Shown here one piece after another: positions 1 through 10,238 of a stretch of DNA of 64,000 nt (positions within the stretch are counted from its first letter, which is position 1; every line of letters begins with the position of its first letter). The DNA is from an uncultured Gammaproteobacteria bacterium (GTDB lineage Bacteria > Patescibacteriota > Patescibacteriia > UBA1558 > GWA2-36-10): contig CAZRZA010000002.1 of NCBI GenBank assembly GCA_964604515.1, forward strand, positions 1,607 to 65,606, read 5' to 3'. The notes beneath the pieces are model-generated. The model was given only the letters and a program-made list of their open reading frames with translations, had not been told where the DNA came from and made no database searches. Made by a program: the position numbers and the translations under genes.

Positions 1-67
1 AAATTAAAAAGAAAGCTATAAAATTCTTTAAAACTGCATTAATATTTTTTTTCTTTTCTTTTTTCAT
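1..67 (-). CDS. 5' end of a gene running off the window (MKKEKKKNINAVLKNFIAFFLI...), basic N-terminus then hydrophobic segment; membrane-anchored protein
   Basis: ATG at 67-65, 2 nt after the rpsA stop; frame open to the window edge. Confidence 0.55.
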   Translation of the reverse strand, partial: MKKEKKKNINAVLKNFIAFFLI

Positions 68-69
68 AT

Positions 70-1257
70 TTATTCTTTCTTATTAGCATCTTCTTTAGTT
101 TCTTCTGTTTTTTTAACTTCTTTTTCTTCTTTCTTTTCTATTTTTTTCTTTTTAGTCTCTTCTTTTGTTTTGCTTACTTTATACGATAACCCTAAACGAT
201 GGTTCTTAGCCTCTATATTAAGAATAGTAAATTCATATTCCTTACCAGCATTTAATATATTTTCAGGATTATTCACCTTTTTATTACTTAGTTCAGAAAT
301 ATGTACTAAACCATGAATATCTTTATCTAATTCTACAAAAGCTCCAAAAGGATTTACTTTAATAACTTTGCCTTTTACTTTTTGTCCTTTTTTATACTTT
401 TCTTCTACTCCGGCCCAAGGATCAGTTTGTAGTTTTTTAATAGATAATGATATTTTAGTATCATCAATTTCAATAATCTCAGCCTTTACCTCATCGCCAA
501 CTTTTATAATATCACGAGGATCATCAATTCTTTGCCAAGCTAATTCAGAAATATGTACTAAACCTTCTAAGCCATCTCCAAACTCTACAAAAGCTCCAAA
601 CTTAACAACACCAGTTACTTTGCCCTCTACTTTATCTCCGGTTTTATGTTTGGATATATTTTTTCTTTGTTTATCATTCCAGGCTCCTTTTTCAGAAACT
701 ATTAATTTCTCTTCTCTTTCATTAATATCAATAATTTTAGTTTTTAAGATTTGACCAATAAAAGACTTTAAGTGAGAAAGTATTTTTTCTTTATCACCAC
801 CTTCAATACGAGGATAATGCTCAATTGTTAATTGAGAAACTGGTAAAAAACCCAAGACATTACCAACCTTAATCATTAAACCACCTTTATTAGCATCAAT
901 AACCTTACTATCAACAACTGTAGCTTCTTTTTGAAGACTTTCTAAATTATTCCAAGCCTTTTGGTGACCAGCTTCTCGAAGAGATAATTCTAAATAACCA
1001 TTTTCATTATCTAAATCAATAACTGTAGCCGTTGCTTTGTCACCAATCTTTAAAGTTGAACCGTCATCTGATTCATCATATATTTCTTTACCACGAATTA
1101 AACCTGTGGTAATACCATCTAAGTCTAAGTATATTTCATTTTTGGAAACACTTATTATGCTACCCTCTACCAAATCACCAACTTTAGGTATTTTAATAGC
1201 ATTTTCTTTATTTAGTAAATCATCCATAGGATGATTTATTTTTTGTACATCTGACAT
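70..1257 (-). CDS. rpsA: 30S ribosomal protein S1 (4 S1 domains, K/E-rich tail)
   Basis: Repeated S1 motifs (FGAFVE..GLVHISEL, GFLPVSQL). Confidence 0.95.
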   Translation of the reverse strand: MSDVQKINHPMDDLLNKENAIKIPKVGDLVEGSIISVSKNEIYLDLDGITTGLIRGKEIYDESDDGSTLKIGDKATATVIDLDNENGYLELSLREAGHQKAWNNLESLQKEATVVDSKVIDANKGGLMIKVGNVLGFLPVSQLTIEHYPRIEGGDKEKILSHLKSFIGQILKTKIIDINEREEKLIVSEKGAWNDKQRKNISKHKTGDKVEGKVTGVVKFGAFVEFGDGLEGLVHISELAWQRIDDPRDIIKVGDEVKAEIIEIDDTKISLSIKKLQTDPWAGVEEKYKKGQKVKGKVIKVNPFGAFVELDKDIHGLVHISELSNKKVNNPENILNAGKEYEFTILNIEAKNHRLGLSYKVSKTKEETKKKKIEKKEEKEVKKTEETKEDANKKE

Positions 1258-1377
1258 ATTAATTGTTAAATAATTAACCCATTATTATTAAATAATAGGC
1301 TTCCCTGCACAAGGAAATTTATTAAATAAATGAACTTTTAGTTGACTAAAATTACCACAAAAGAGAGTTTAAGTCAA
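1258..1377 (-). promoter_or_regulatory. rpsA promoter and structured leader with boxA-like motif
   Basis: Minus strand TTGACT-17-TAATTT, then AAGTTCATT (1329-1337), hairpins TTCCTTG/CAGGGAA and CCTATTATT/AATAATGGG; no SD before ATG. Confidence 0.6.
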
Positions 1378-1511
1378 GGTAGGTTGCTGCAGAGAGAAAA
1401 ACACTGTTTTTATTGGTATTTTTAGCTAAAAAAGAGTTTAAAATACCATTTACTTTTCTATTTTTTTATGCTAATATTATATAATAAAATAAGTAAAGAA
1501 AGAAGAAAAAT

Positions 1512-2117
1512 ATGCTGATTTCATGGCAAGGATTTAATAATTTTAAATTAAAAAATACCAAAAGATCTATTATCTTAAATCCATATAATTTAGATAATAA
1601 AACAAAATTAAGTAAATCAAAAACAGATATTGTTTTATTTTCTAATTCTTTAAAAATAAAAGAAGCTAAAATAGACAAAGAGTCTTTTATTGTCTCTGGT
1701 CCCGGAGAGTATGAAGTAAATGATGTTTTTATATATGGTAGAGAAATAGATAATAATATAATTTATTATCTTCTTTTTGATGATTTAAAAATCGCTTTCT
1801 TAGGAGAACTTGGTCACCAGGAATTAAGTAATGGAGACTTAGAGTTAATAGAGGGAGCTGATATATTAATTATACCAGTAGGAGGAGGAGAATTAACCAC
1901 TAGTAAAGAAGCCGTAAAGATTATTTCCCAAGTAGAGCCAAGAATTGTTATTCCTAGTTGTTATCAAGAAGGTACCTTTAAATTAAAGACAGATAGCCTG
2001 GCTACTTTTGTAAAAGATTTTGGAATTAAAGCAGAAGAAGTAGATAAGCTAAAAATAGCTAAAAAAGACCTTCCTCAAGACGAAGTAAAGTTAATAAATA
2101 TTAAAATAAATAAATGA
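1512..2117 (+). CDS. Metallo-beta-lactamase-fold protein (metal-binding histidines appear degenerate)
   Basis: SGPGEYEV, DILIIPVGG, EPRIVIP motifs. Confidence 0.8.
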   Translation: MLISWQGFNNFKLKNTKRSIILNPYNLDNKTKLSKSKTDIVLFSNSLKIKEAKIDKESFIVSGPGEYEVNDVFIYGREIDNNIIYYLLFDDLKIAFLGELGHQELSNGDLELIEGADILIIPVGGGELTTSKEAVKIISQVEPRIVIPSCYQEGTFKLKTDSLATFVKDFGIKAEEVDKLKIAKKDLPQDEVKLINIKINK

Positions 2118-2437
2118 TTTTATATTCTGATAATAAGAATAAATATTTTACTCTTTTTCTTTTAGCATTTATTTCTACCTCTCTTATTATTTGGCAATAT
2201 ATAAAATATAAACCATTTGAATTAAATAATAGTAAAGAGAATAATAATTTTCAAGAAGCTAGTAAAGAAATAGGAGATACATTCTTAAAAATAGGAGACA
2301 GTTGGGATTTAGCTAAAGAAATTAATAATAACTCTCAAGAAGAGTTAGAAAAAGAATTTCAGAGAGAACAATTATTAACAGAAACTAAAAAATATTTAGA
2401 AAATAAAAATAAAACAGAAGAAATTGATATTAATTAA
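2114..2437 (+). CDS. Hypothetical protein with N-terminal TM helix
   Basis: ATGA overlap with upstream gene; hydrophobic N-terminal segment. Confidence 0.7.
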   Translation: MILYSDNKNKYFTLFLLAFISTSLIIWQYIKYKPFELNNSKENNNFQEASKEIGDTFLKIGDSWDLAKEINNNSQEELEKEFQREQLLTETKKYLENKNKTEEIDIN

Positions 2438-2444
2438 AAAGATA

Positions 2445-4931
2445 ATGCCTAAGAAAAAACAAGAAAATAAAAAAGAAGATATTCTAAAAGATAATAGAGG
2501 TGCGGTAGAACAATTGTCTATTGTTGAAGAAATGCAAAATTCTTACATAGACTATGCTATGTCTGTTATTGTTGCTAGAGCCTTACCAGATGTTAGAGAT
2601 GGCTTAAAGCCGGTACATCGTCGTATTCTTTATGCAATGTGGAGTCTAGGATTAAGGCATGCTGCTAAATTTCGTAAATCAGCAACAGTGGTTGGTGAGG
2701 TACTTGGTAAATACCATCCTCATGGTGATTCGGCTGTTTACGAGTCTATGGTTAGAATGGCGCAAGACTTTTCTATGCGTTATCAATTAGTAAATGGTCA
2801 GGGTAACTTTGGTTCTATTGACGGTGATAATGCAGCTGCTATGAGATACACTGAAGCAAAGTTACGGGGTATAGCTGAAGAATTAATGTTTGATTTAGAA
2901 AAGAATACAGTAGACTTTGTTCCTAATTATGATGGTTCTCAAAAAGAACCAAAAGTAATGCCTGCTAAATTACCTAATTTATTATTAAATGGCACAACAG
3001 GTATTGCGGTTGGTATGGCTACTAATATACCTCCTCATAATTTGGGGGAATTAATAGATGCCATTCTTTTATTAATAGATAATGCAGACTCTACCATTGA
3101 AGGCTTAATGCAATATATTAAGGGTCCTGACTTTCCAACGGGGGGAGTAATTTATAATATAGAAGATATTAAAACAGCTTATGCCACCGGTCGAGGAGGA
3201 ATAGTAATTAGAGGGGAAGCAGAAATATCAGAGTTAAAGTCTAATCAATTTCAAATAATTATTTCTTCTATACCTTTTCAAGTTAATAAAGGTAATCTTT
3301 TAGAAAAAATAGCCTTTTTAGTTAAAGATAAAAAAATAGAAGGTATTAAAGACTTAAGAGATGAATCAGATAAAGATGGTATTCGTATTGTTATTGAATT
3401 AAAGAGAGATGCCTATCCTAAAAAGATTTTAAATAATTTATACAAGAAAACTCAATTACAAGAAAAGTTTCATGTTAATATGCTAGCCCTAATAGATGGC
3501 ATACAACCTAGAGTATTAACCTTAAAAGATGTTTTAGAAGAATATATTAAACATCGTCAAGAAGTCATTGCTCGTCGTACTAAATTTGAATTAGACAAAG
3601 CTAAAGATAGGGCTCATATTTTGGAAGGCCTGAAAAAAGCTCTAGATAAAATAGATGCCATTATAAAAACAATAAAAGCATCTAAAGATAAAGAAGTAGC
3701 CAAAGTTAATTTAATGAAGAAATTTAAATTAACAGAAATACAAGCTATTGCTATTTTAGAAATGAAATTACAAAGTTTAGCTAATTTAGAAAAATTAAAA
3801 TTAGAGAATGAGTTAAAAGAAAAATTAAAGATAATAAAAGAATTGACAGCTATTTTAAAGAGTAAAAATAAAATATTAGATATTATTAAAAAAGAATTAA
3901 AAGAAATTAAAGATAAATACGCTGATCAGAGAAAAACTAAAGTTATTAAATCAGCTATTGATAGAATGAATACTGAAGATTTAATACCTAATGAAGCAGC
4001 TATTATTACCATGACTCATGATGGTTATATAAAGAGATTGTCTCCCGAGAATTTTAAAACTCAAGGGAGAGGTGGCAAGGGAGTGACTGGCTTAACAACT
4101 AAAGAAGAAGATCAGGTAGAGATATTCTTTGCTACTAACACTCATGCTGACTTAATGTTCTTCACGACACAAGGAAGGGTTTTTCAGTTAAAAGCATATG
4201 AAATACCTCAAATGAGTAGATCTGCTAAAGGTCAAAACATAGTTAATTTCCTACAACTTTCTCCAGAAGAAAAAGTATCTTCTGTTTTACAAAGCGAAGA
4301 TTTTGAGATATATAAATATTTTATTATGGTTACTAAAGAGGGAATAATTAAAAAAGTTCCTGTTGAACAATTTAAAAAAGTAAGAAGATCTGGTTTAATA
4401 GCTATTAAATTAAAGAAGGATGATATTTTAGGATGGGTTAAACCAGCTACTGGACAAGATGATATTATTTTAGCTACCGCTAAAGGCCAAGCTATTAGGT
4501 TTAAGGAAAAAGGTGTCAGGGCTATGGGTAGATCAGCTGGCGGCGTTAGAGGTATTAGGCTAAAGAAGGAAGACCAGTTAATAGGAGTAGACTTAATTCC
4601 GGAAGGAAAAATTAACCAAGACGAACAATTATTAGTAGTTACTAATAATGGTTATGGAAAAAGAACAGGTTTAGATGCTTACAAAGTACAAGGAAGAGGT
4701 GGTTCCGGTATTAAAACAGCTCAAGTTACCACTAAAACAGGTAATGTTTCTTCAGCTCGTATAGTTAGTAGTAAAGTAGAAGATGAAGATTTAATTATTA
4801 TTTCTAAAAAAGGACAAGTAATTCGTTTACCAATTAATTCCATAAATATTTTAAGCAGAGCAACACAAGGCATTAGATTAATGAGCTTTAAAAACCCTGA
4901 AGATACTGTTTCTTCAGTAACATTTATTTAA
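2445..4931 (+). CDS. gyrA: DNA gyrase subunit A
   Basis: [29 protein letters not shown] active-site Tyr, GyrA-box QGRGGKG; ATG at 2445 preferred to TTG at 2424. Confidence 0.97.
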   Translation: MPKKKQENKKEDILKDNRGAVEQLSIVEEMQNSYIDYAMSVIVARALPDVRDGLKPVHRRILYAMWSLGLRHAAKFRKSATVVGEVLGKYHPHGDSAVYESMVRMAQDFSMRYQLVNGQGNFGSIDGDNAAAMRYTEAKLRGIAEELMFDLEKNTVDFVPNYDGSQKEPKVMPAKLPNLLLNGTTGIAVGMATNIPPHNLGELIDAILLLIDNADSTIEGLMQYIKGPDFPTGGVIYNIEDIKTAYATGRGGIVIRGEAEISELKSNQFQIIISSIPFQVNKGNLLEKIAFLVKDKKIEGIKDLRDESDKDGIRIVIELKRDAYPKKILNNLYKKTQLQEKFHVNMLALIDGIQPRVLTLKDVLEEYIKHRQEVIARRTKFELDKAKDRAHILEGLKKALDKIDAIIKTIKASKDKEVAKVNLMKKFKLTEIQAIAILEMKLQSLANLEKLKLENELKEKLKIIKELTAILKSKNKILDIIKKELKEIKDKYADQRKTKVIKSAIDRMNTEDLIPNEAAIITMTHDGYIKRLSPENFKTQGRGGKGVTGLTTKEEDQVEIFFATNTHADLMFFTTQGRVFQLKAYEIPQMSRSAKGQNIVNFLQLSPEEKVSSVLQSEDFEIYKYFIMVTKEGIIKKVPVEQFKKVRRSGLIAIKLKKDDILGWVKPATGQDDIILATAKGQAIRFKEKGVRAMGRSAGGVRGIRLKKEDQLIGVDLIPEGKINQDEQLLVVTNNGYGKRTGLDAYKVQGRGGSGIKTAQVTTKTGNVSSARIVSSKVEDEDLIIISKKGQVIRLPINSINILSRATQGIRLMSFKNPEDTVSSVTFI

Positions 4932-4941
4932 TAAAAAAAAT

Positions 4942-5955
4942 ATGTCTGAAAGAGTAGTTTCTCCCCCGGAACAAGACAATGATAAGACTTGGGACTTAAC
5001 CTTAAGACCACAAAGTATTAAGGAGTATATGGGTCAAGAACAGGTTAAGGCTAATTTAGATATTGTTTTAAGAGCTGCTAAAGGAAGAAATGAGCCTTTA
5101 GATCATACTATATTTTTTGGACCCCCAGGCTTAGGTAAAACAACCTTAGCTCATATTATAGCTAAAGAAATGGGTGTTGGTATAAAAATTACTTCAGGAC
5201 CAACCATCACCAAAGCTGGAGACTTAGCAGCTATTATTACTAATTTACAAGAGGGAGACATTCTTTTTATTGATGAAATGCATAGATTAAACAAAACTAT
5301 TGAAGAGATATTATACCCGGCTATGGAAGACTTTGCCTTAGATATTATATTAGGAAAGGGTCCTTCAGCTCAAGTATTAAGATTAGACTTGCCTAAATTT
5401 ACTTTAATAGGAGCTACTACTAGATATAATTTAATTTCTTCTCCTCTTAGAGATAGGTTTGGCATTACTTTTCGTTTAGACTTCTATAAAGAAAATGAAT
5501 TAAGAGATATTATAAAAAGATCTTCAGATATTTTAGCTATTAAAACAAATAAAGAAGCCCAAAAAGAAATAGCTATACGTAGTAGAGCTACACCCCGTAT
5601 TGCTAATCGTATTTTGAAAAGAATTAGAGACTATGCTCAAGTTAAAGGAGTAAAAGAAATTAATAAACAGGTAGTACAAGAAGCTTTAGAATTAATGAAT
5701 ATAGACCAATATGGCTTAGATGAGATAGACAGAAAGTTATTAAGAATAATTGCGGATAATTTTAATGGTGGCCCAGTAGGTTTAAATACTTTAGCGGCCA
5801 CTCTCCAAGAAGAAGCAGGTACTATTGAAGAAATATTTGAACCATATTTAATGCAATTAGGATTATTAAATAGAACAGCTAAGGGCAGAATAGCAACAGC
5901 TAAAACATATAAATATTTAGGTTTAGAAATTCCAGAAGATAATAAATTATTATAA
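4942..5955 (+). CDS. ruvB: Holliday junction branch migration helicase RuvB
   Basis: LRP, GPPGLGKTT, FIDEMHRL, LIGATTR, PLRDRFG. Confidence 0.97.
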   Translation: MSERVVSPPEQDNDKTWDLTLRPQSIKEYMGQEQVKANLDIVLRAAKGRNEPLDHTIFFGPPGLGKTTLAHIIAKEMGVGIKITSGPTITKAGDLAAIITNLQEGDILFIDEMHRLNKTIEEILYPAMEDFALDIILGKGPSAQVLRLDLPKFTLIGATTRYNLISSPLRDRFGITFRLDFYKENELRDIIKRSSDILAIKTNKEAQKEIAIRSRATPRIANRILKRIRDYAQVKGVKEINKQVVQEALELMNIDQYGLDEIDRKLLRIIADNFNGGPVGLNTLAATLQEEAGTIEEIFEPYLMQLGLLNRTAKGRIATAKTYKYLGLEIPEDNKLL

Positions 5956-6009
5956 TACAAATAGATTTATTTAATTATAATTTACTAGAAAAATTAATAG
6001 CTCAGAAAT

Positions 6010-6046
6010 AAATTAAAAAACATGACAACTCATGTTTTTTAATTTT
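6010..6046 (+). terminator. Intrinsic terminator after ruvB
   Basis: AAATTAAAAAACATG-acaact-CATGTTTTTTAATTT inverted repeat. Confidence 0.65.
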
Positions 6047-6069
6047 AAATAAGTAGAAAAGAAGTAAAT

Positions 6070-6448
6070 AAAAAACCCCTATTGTTTTTTTATATTTTTG
6101 ATTATTTTTGATCAAAGATATTAATAGGGGTTTAAAACTTCTGTGTTTTTACTTAACTTTTTCCTGGGCTAAGTATTTTTCTCCTTTAATTATTTGAGCA
6201 GGTAGCTATTGAGGTGTTTCGCATCATCAAGGCTATCCAATACAATCCAATGAAGCGTACCTGCTCAAGTTACAATTACTTTTTGAGTTATAACAAAGTT
6301 TTTTATTTTATTTTTTTAAATAGTACTTTTTTTATTATTATCAACTATTTATATTTATTACTTTTTAGTATTAATCTTTATGAGATTATTTTACTTTTTT
6401 AGTTGAGTAACATTATAAAGTATTATTATTTTAAATGAACTTAATACA
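6070..6448 (-). ncRNA. Candidate ~380-nt non-coding transcript (unit G)
   Basis: TTGGCA-17-TATAAT (6483-6455), AAGTTCATT, hairpin TTGAGCAGGTA...TACCTGCTCAA, terminator AAACCCCTATT...AATAGGGGTTTTTT; no credible ORF. Confidence 0.4.
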
Positions 6449-6514
6449 TAATAAATTATACCACTTTTTTTTATTTTTGCCAATAATAATATAATAAATA
6501 GTATTTTATTAAAT

Positions 6515-6640
6515 AAAAAACCCAGGTAAACCATAATCGTCCATCAACAATCTAAGGAGAAAATAGCTCTTGAACTTAGCTATTTATCTTTTAAAGTAGG
6601 CTTACCTGGGGAGTATTATTATTTAATGTACTTTTCTGAC
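6515..6640 (-). ncRNA. Candidate ~125-nt small RNA (unit H) containing an anti-SD sequence
   Basis: TTGACA-17-TAGAAT (6675-6647), AAGTACATT, rod hairpin CCCAGGTAAGCC...GGTTTACCTGGG followed by U6; no ORF. Confidence 0.55.
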
Positions 6641-6680
6641 AAACCTATTCTAACATATATAAACAATACTGTCAATACCT

Positions 6681-7742
6681 TTAATTGAAATGAAAATAAA
6701 CAGTATCTCCGTCTTTTATTATATAATCTTTACCTTCCATTTTTATTAATCCTTTTTCTTTAGCATTTAACCAACTTTTAGCTTCTAATAGTTTTTGCCA
6801 ATTAATAACTTCTGCTCTAATAAAACCTTTAGCAAAATCAGTATGAATAACGCCAGCGGCTTGAGGAGCTTTATTTCCTCTCTCTATTGTCCAGGCTTTT
6901 GTTTCTTCTGGGCCAGTAGTAATAAAAGTAATTAAGTTTAATAAGCTATAACTAGTATTTATTAAATTATTTAAACCACTTTTTTTTATTCCTAATTCTT
7001 TTAAATATTCTTTACTATCTTCTTCATTTAAATCTGCTAAATCAGACTCTAATTTAGCACAAATACTTATAGTATTTTCTGGTAAATTAATTTCTTTTCC
7101 TAAATCATCTTCAGAAATATTATAAAGATATATAATTGGTTTAATACTTAAAAGATTTAATTGTTTTAATATTTTAAATTCCTCCTCTAACCATTCGATA
7201 CTATTTAATAATTTATTAGCCTCTAATAGTTCTCTTGCTTTTTCTAATACTCTTTTTTCTTCGTCTAAAGATTTATCATAATTACCTTTCATCTTACTAA
7301 TTATCTTTTCTAAATGTTTAGTAATAGTATCTAAATCAGCTAAGATTAATTCTAAATTAATAACTTCTTTATCATTTTCAGGATTTATTTCTCCTTGAAC
7401 ATGAATAATATCATCATTAATAAAATTACGAATAACCTGTATTAAAGCATCTACTTCCCTAATATGAGAAAGAAATTTATTACCCAAACCTTCTCCTTGA
7501 GAAGCCCCTTTTACTAAACCAGCAATATCTACAAATTCTATAGCAGTTGGTATAACTTTTTCAGAATTAGACATTTTAGCTAATTCTTCTAATCTTTTAT
7601 CAGGAACAGTAACAATACCGACATTAGGGTCAATAGTACAAAAAGGATAGTTCTCTGCGGCTACCTTATTTTTAGTTAAAGCTTGAAATATTGTTGATTT
7701 ACCAACATTAGGTAAACCTATTATTCCTAAAGAAAGTGACAT
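6681..7742 (-). CDS. ychF: Redox-regulated ATPase YchF
   Basis: GLPNVGKST, NYPFCTIDPN, DIAGLVKGASQGEGLGNKFL, C-terminal TGS. Confidence 0.97.
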   Translation of the reverse strand: MSLSLGIIGLPNVGKSTIFQALTKNKVAAENYPFCTIDPNVGIVTVPDKRLEELAKMSNSEKVIPTAIEFVDIAGLVKGASQGEGLGNKFLSHIREVDALIQVIRNFINDDIIHVQGEINPENDKEVINLELILADLDTITKHLEKIISKMKGNYDKSLDEEKRVLEKARELLEANKLLNSIEWLEEEFKILKQLNLLSIKPIIYLYNISEDDLGKEINLPENTISICAKLESDLADLNEEDSKEYLKELGIKKSGLNNLINTSYSLLNLITFITTGPEETKAWTIERGNKAPQAAGVIHTDFAKGFIRAEVINWQKLLEAKSWLNAKEKGLIKMEGKDYIIKDGDTVYFHFN

Positions 7743-7796
7743 AGTTTTAATTTATTTAATAGAGCAATTAAATCATAATTTATTATTTTTGTAAAT

Positions 7797-7827
7797 AAAA
7801 ACCCCTTCGTATAAACAGAGGGGTTTT
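7797..7827 (-). terminator. Intrinsic terminator of the orphan gene 7826-8086
   Basis: AAAACCCCT...AGGGGTTTT inverted repeat. Confidence 0.65.
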
Positions 7828-8086
7828 AGGTTTTTTGAAAATGCCTATCACAATATTCAATAAATGAATTATAAGCATTTTGCTTTATTTTGAAAAGAGA
7901 GCCTTGTAGTATTTCTTTATTTTTCTTGTAGAAATAATAAGAAAGGTAATTATTTACAAAAGAAATATATAAATATTTAGATTTTTTTGGTATATATATT
8001 TTATATTTATTCTTTTCAAGTTTTAAAGTAATGCTTTTACCATGATTAACAATTGAATCATAAGTAACTACTGTTCTTTTTTTCAT
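7826..8086 (-). CDS. Small basic hypothetical protein (stand-alone SD-led unit)
   Basis: AGGAGG SD, TTTACA-17-TATAAA promoter, hairpin and AGTTCATT in leader, own terminator. Confidence 0.7.
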   Translation of the reverse strand: MKKRTVVTYDSIVNHGKSITLKLEKNKYKIYIPKKSKYLYISFVNNYLSYYFYKKNKEILQGSLFKIKQNAYNSFIEYCDRHFQKT

Positions 8087-8212
8087 TTTACCTCCTTTTT
8101 AATGAACTTATTAAGTTAAAAAATAACTTAATACTTATATTTATAACAGTAAATATTATTTATGTAAAGTTATTTGTTAAATAATATCTTTTACTATATA
8201 ATGTATAAACTT

Positions 8213-10225
8213 ATGAAAGTAGACTTTATTAAAGAATTAAATAAAGAGCAATATAAATTAGTAACAGCTAAGTCTGGGCCGCGTTTAGTTTTAGCAGGGG
8301 CTGGCTCTGGAAAGACCAGAACCTTAATATATAGAATAGCTTATTTAATAGAACAAGGTTTAAATCCTCAGAAAATACTTTTAGTTACTTTTACTAATAA
8401 GGCTGCTCAAGAAATGAAAGAGAGAACTAGGAAGATATTAAATTTAGGCATTAAAGATAAATTACCAATCTGGAGCGGCACTTTTCATTCTTTAGCTAAT
8501 AGACTTTTAAGAATATACGGAAAAGAAATAGGAATAAAGAGTAATTTTAGTATTTTAGATACCCAAGATAGTAAAGCTTTAATAAAAAAGATAGCTAAAA
8601 AATATTTTGCTTCTTTAGATAAAAACAGAAGACCTTCAGCTAATATTATTAAAGAAACAATTTCTTTTGCCACCAACTCTGGTTTTAGTATAGAGGAAAG
8701 CTTAGAAAGAAAATTTGGAGAATGGTTACCATTTTTAGAAATATTTGAAAAAATAAATAAAGAATATATTGAGAAAAAGAAGATAGCAAATTCTTTAGAT
8801 TTTGATGATTTATTATTATCTTGGAAAGAATTAACTATTCATCCTAAAATAGGACCTCTTTTGCAAAAAAAGTGGGAACATATATTAGTAGATGAATATC
8901 AGGATACTAATTATTTACAGGATCAAATAATATATAATCTAGCTTCTATTCATCAGAATATAATCGTTGTTGGTGATGATGCGCAAAGTATTTATTCTTT
9001 TCGGGCAGCTAATATAGATAATATTTTAAATTTCCCTAAAGTATATAATAATTGTCAGATTCATAAATTAGAAGTAAACTATAGATCTACTCCAGAAATA
9101 GTATCTTTAGCTAATTATATTATTAAAGAGAACAAAGAGCGGTTTCCTAAAAACCTAAAAGCAGTTTTAGCTAGTTTCTTAAAACCTAAATTATTAGCTG
9201 CTAAGAATAATATAGAAGAGGCTTTAATGATTGCTGATAATATAGAAGAATTATTAGAAGCGGGCCTAGAATTAAAGGATATTGCTGTTCTGTTTAGAGC
9301 AGCTAATCACTCCCAATCTTTAGAAATGGAATTAAATAAAAGAAATTTAGCCTATGATATGAGAGGGGGTTTAAAGTTCTTTGAAAGAGCTCATATTAAA
9401 GACATTGTTGCTTATTTAAGGGTTTTAACAAATATACACGATGAAGCTTCTTGGTCTCGTATATTACAATTATATGAAGGAATAGGAGAGGTAACTATTA
9501 ATAAAATTTTTCAAGAAATTGTTAATTGTAAAGATATAGAAGATATATTTGATTTAAACATTTCTTTATCTTCTAAGGCTCAAAAAAGTTATTTAGAAGT
9601 AATTAACTTATTTAAGAAGTTAAATAAATTTGATAAAAAAGAATTAGCTAAACTTTTAGATTTTTTAATTAAAGAATATACTCTCTATTTAAACTCTCAG
9701 TATCCAGACTATCAACAAAGAGGACTAGACTTAGATCAATTAACTATCTTTTCAGTTAATTATAAAGACTTAGATCAATTTCTAGCAGAGGTTTCTTTGC
9801 AAGAAAACTTTAATTTAAAAGATAAATTAAATAAAAATAATAATAAAATAATATTGAGCACTATTCATCAAGCAAAAGGATTAGAGTGGCCAGCCGTTTT
9901 TATTATCAATTTAAATAACCAGGCCTTTCCTAATCCGCGAGCTATAGAGTCTGGGGAAGTAGAAGAAGAAAGAAGGTTGTTTTACGTTGCTATTACCAGA
10001 GCTCAAAAGAATTTATGCTTAAGCTATCCTTTGGCTACTATTAGATTTGATGGTTATAAGAATTTACAGCCTTCAGAGTTTGTTTCTAATATAGATAATA
10101 ATTTATTAGAGTATAATTCTTTAGCTAAAGGTACTTACTTTTCAGATGCAGATGATGTACAATATATTATAGATCAAGATAATCAGGATAATGATGACTT
10201 TTTACCAGATATAAGTGATTGGTAA
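8213..10225 (+). CDS. pcrA: UvrD/PcrA family SF1 DNA helicase
   Basis: AGAGSGKT, TFTNKAA, VDEYQD, VGDDAQSIY, STIHQAKGLEW, EEERRLFYVAITRA; start 8201 or 8213. Confidence 0.93.
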   Translation: MKVDFIKELNKEQYKLVTAKSGPRLVLAGAGSGKTRTLIYRIAYLIEQGLNPQKILLVTFTNKAAQEMKERTRKILNLGIKDKLPIWSGTFHSLANRLLRIYGKEIGIKSNFSILDTQDSKALIKKIAKKYFASLDKNRRPSANIIKETISFATNSGFSIEESLERKFGEWLPFLEIFEKINKEYIEKKKIANSLDFDDLLLSWKELTIHPKIGPLLQKKWEHILVDEYQDTNYLQDQIIYNLASIHQNIIVVGDDAQSIYSFRAANIDNILNFPKVYNNCQIHKLEVNYRSTPEIVSLANYIIKENKERFPKNLKAVLASFLKPKLLAAKNNIEEALMIADNIEELLEAGLELKDIAVLFRAANHSQSLEMELNKRNLAYDMRGGLKFFERAHIKDIVAYLRVLTNIHDEASWSRILQLYEGIGEVTINKIFQEIVNCKDIEDIFDLNISLSSKAQKSYLEVINLFKKLNKFDKKELAKLLDFLIKEYTLYLNSQYPDYQQRGLDLDQLTIFSVNYKDLDQFLAEVSLQENFNLKDKLNKNNNKIILSTIHQAKGLEWPAVFIINLNNQAFPNPRAIESGEVEEERRLFYVAITRAQKNLCLSYPLATIRFDGYKNLQPSEFVSNIDNNLLEYNSLAKGTYFSDADDVQYIIDQDNQDNDDFLPDISDW

Positions 10226-10238
10226 TAATAAAATAAAT

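Noticed and set aside
6205-6235. Hammerhead-like TGATGA...GAAA on the minus strand
   Set aside because: Core is CTTGATGA rather than CTGATGA and there is no room for stem II
6214-6402. 62-aa + strand ORF in the ruvB-ychF gap
   Set aside because: Low-complexity F/I/Y/L sequence from T-rich DNA; promoter and terminator signals point to the minus strand
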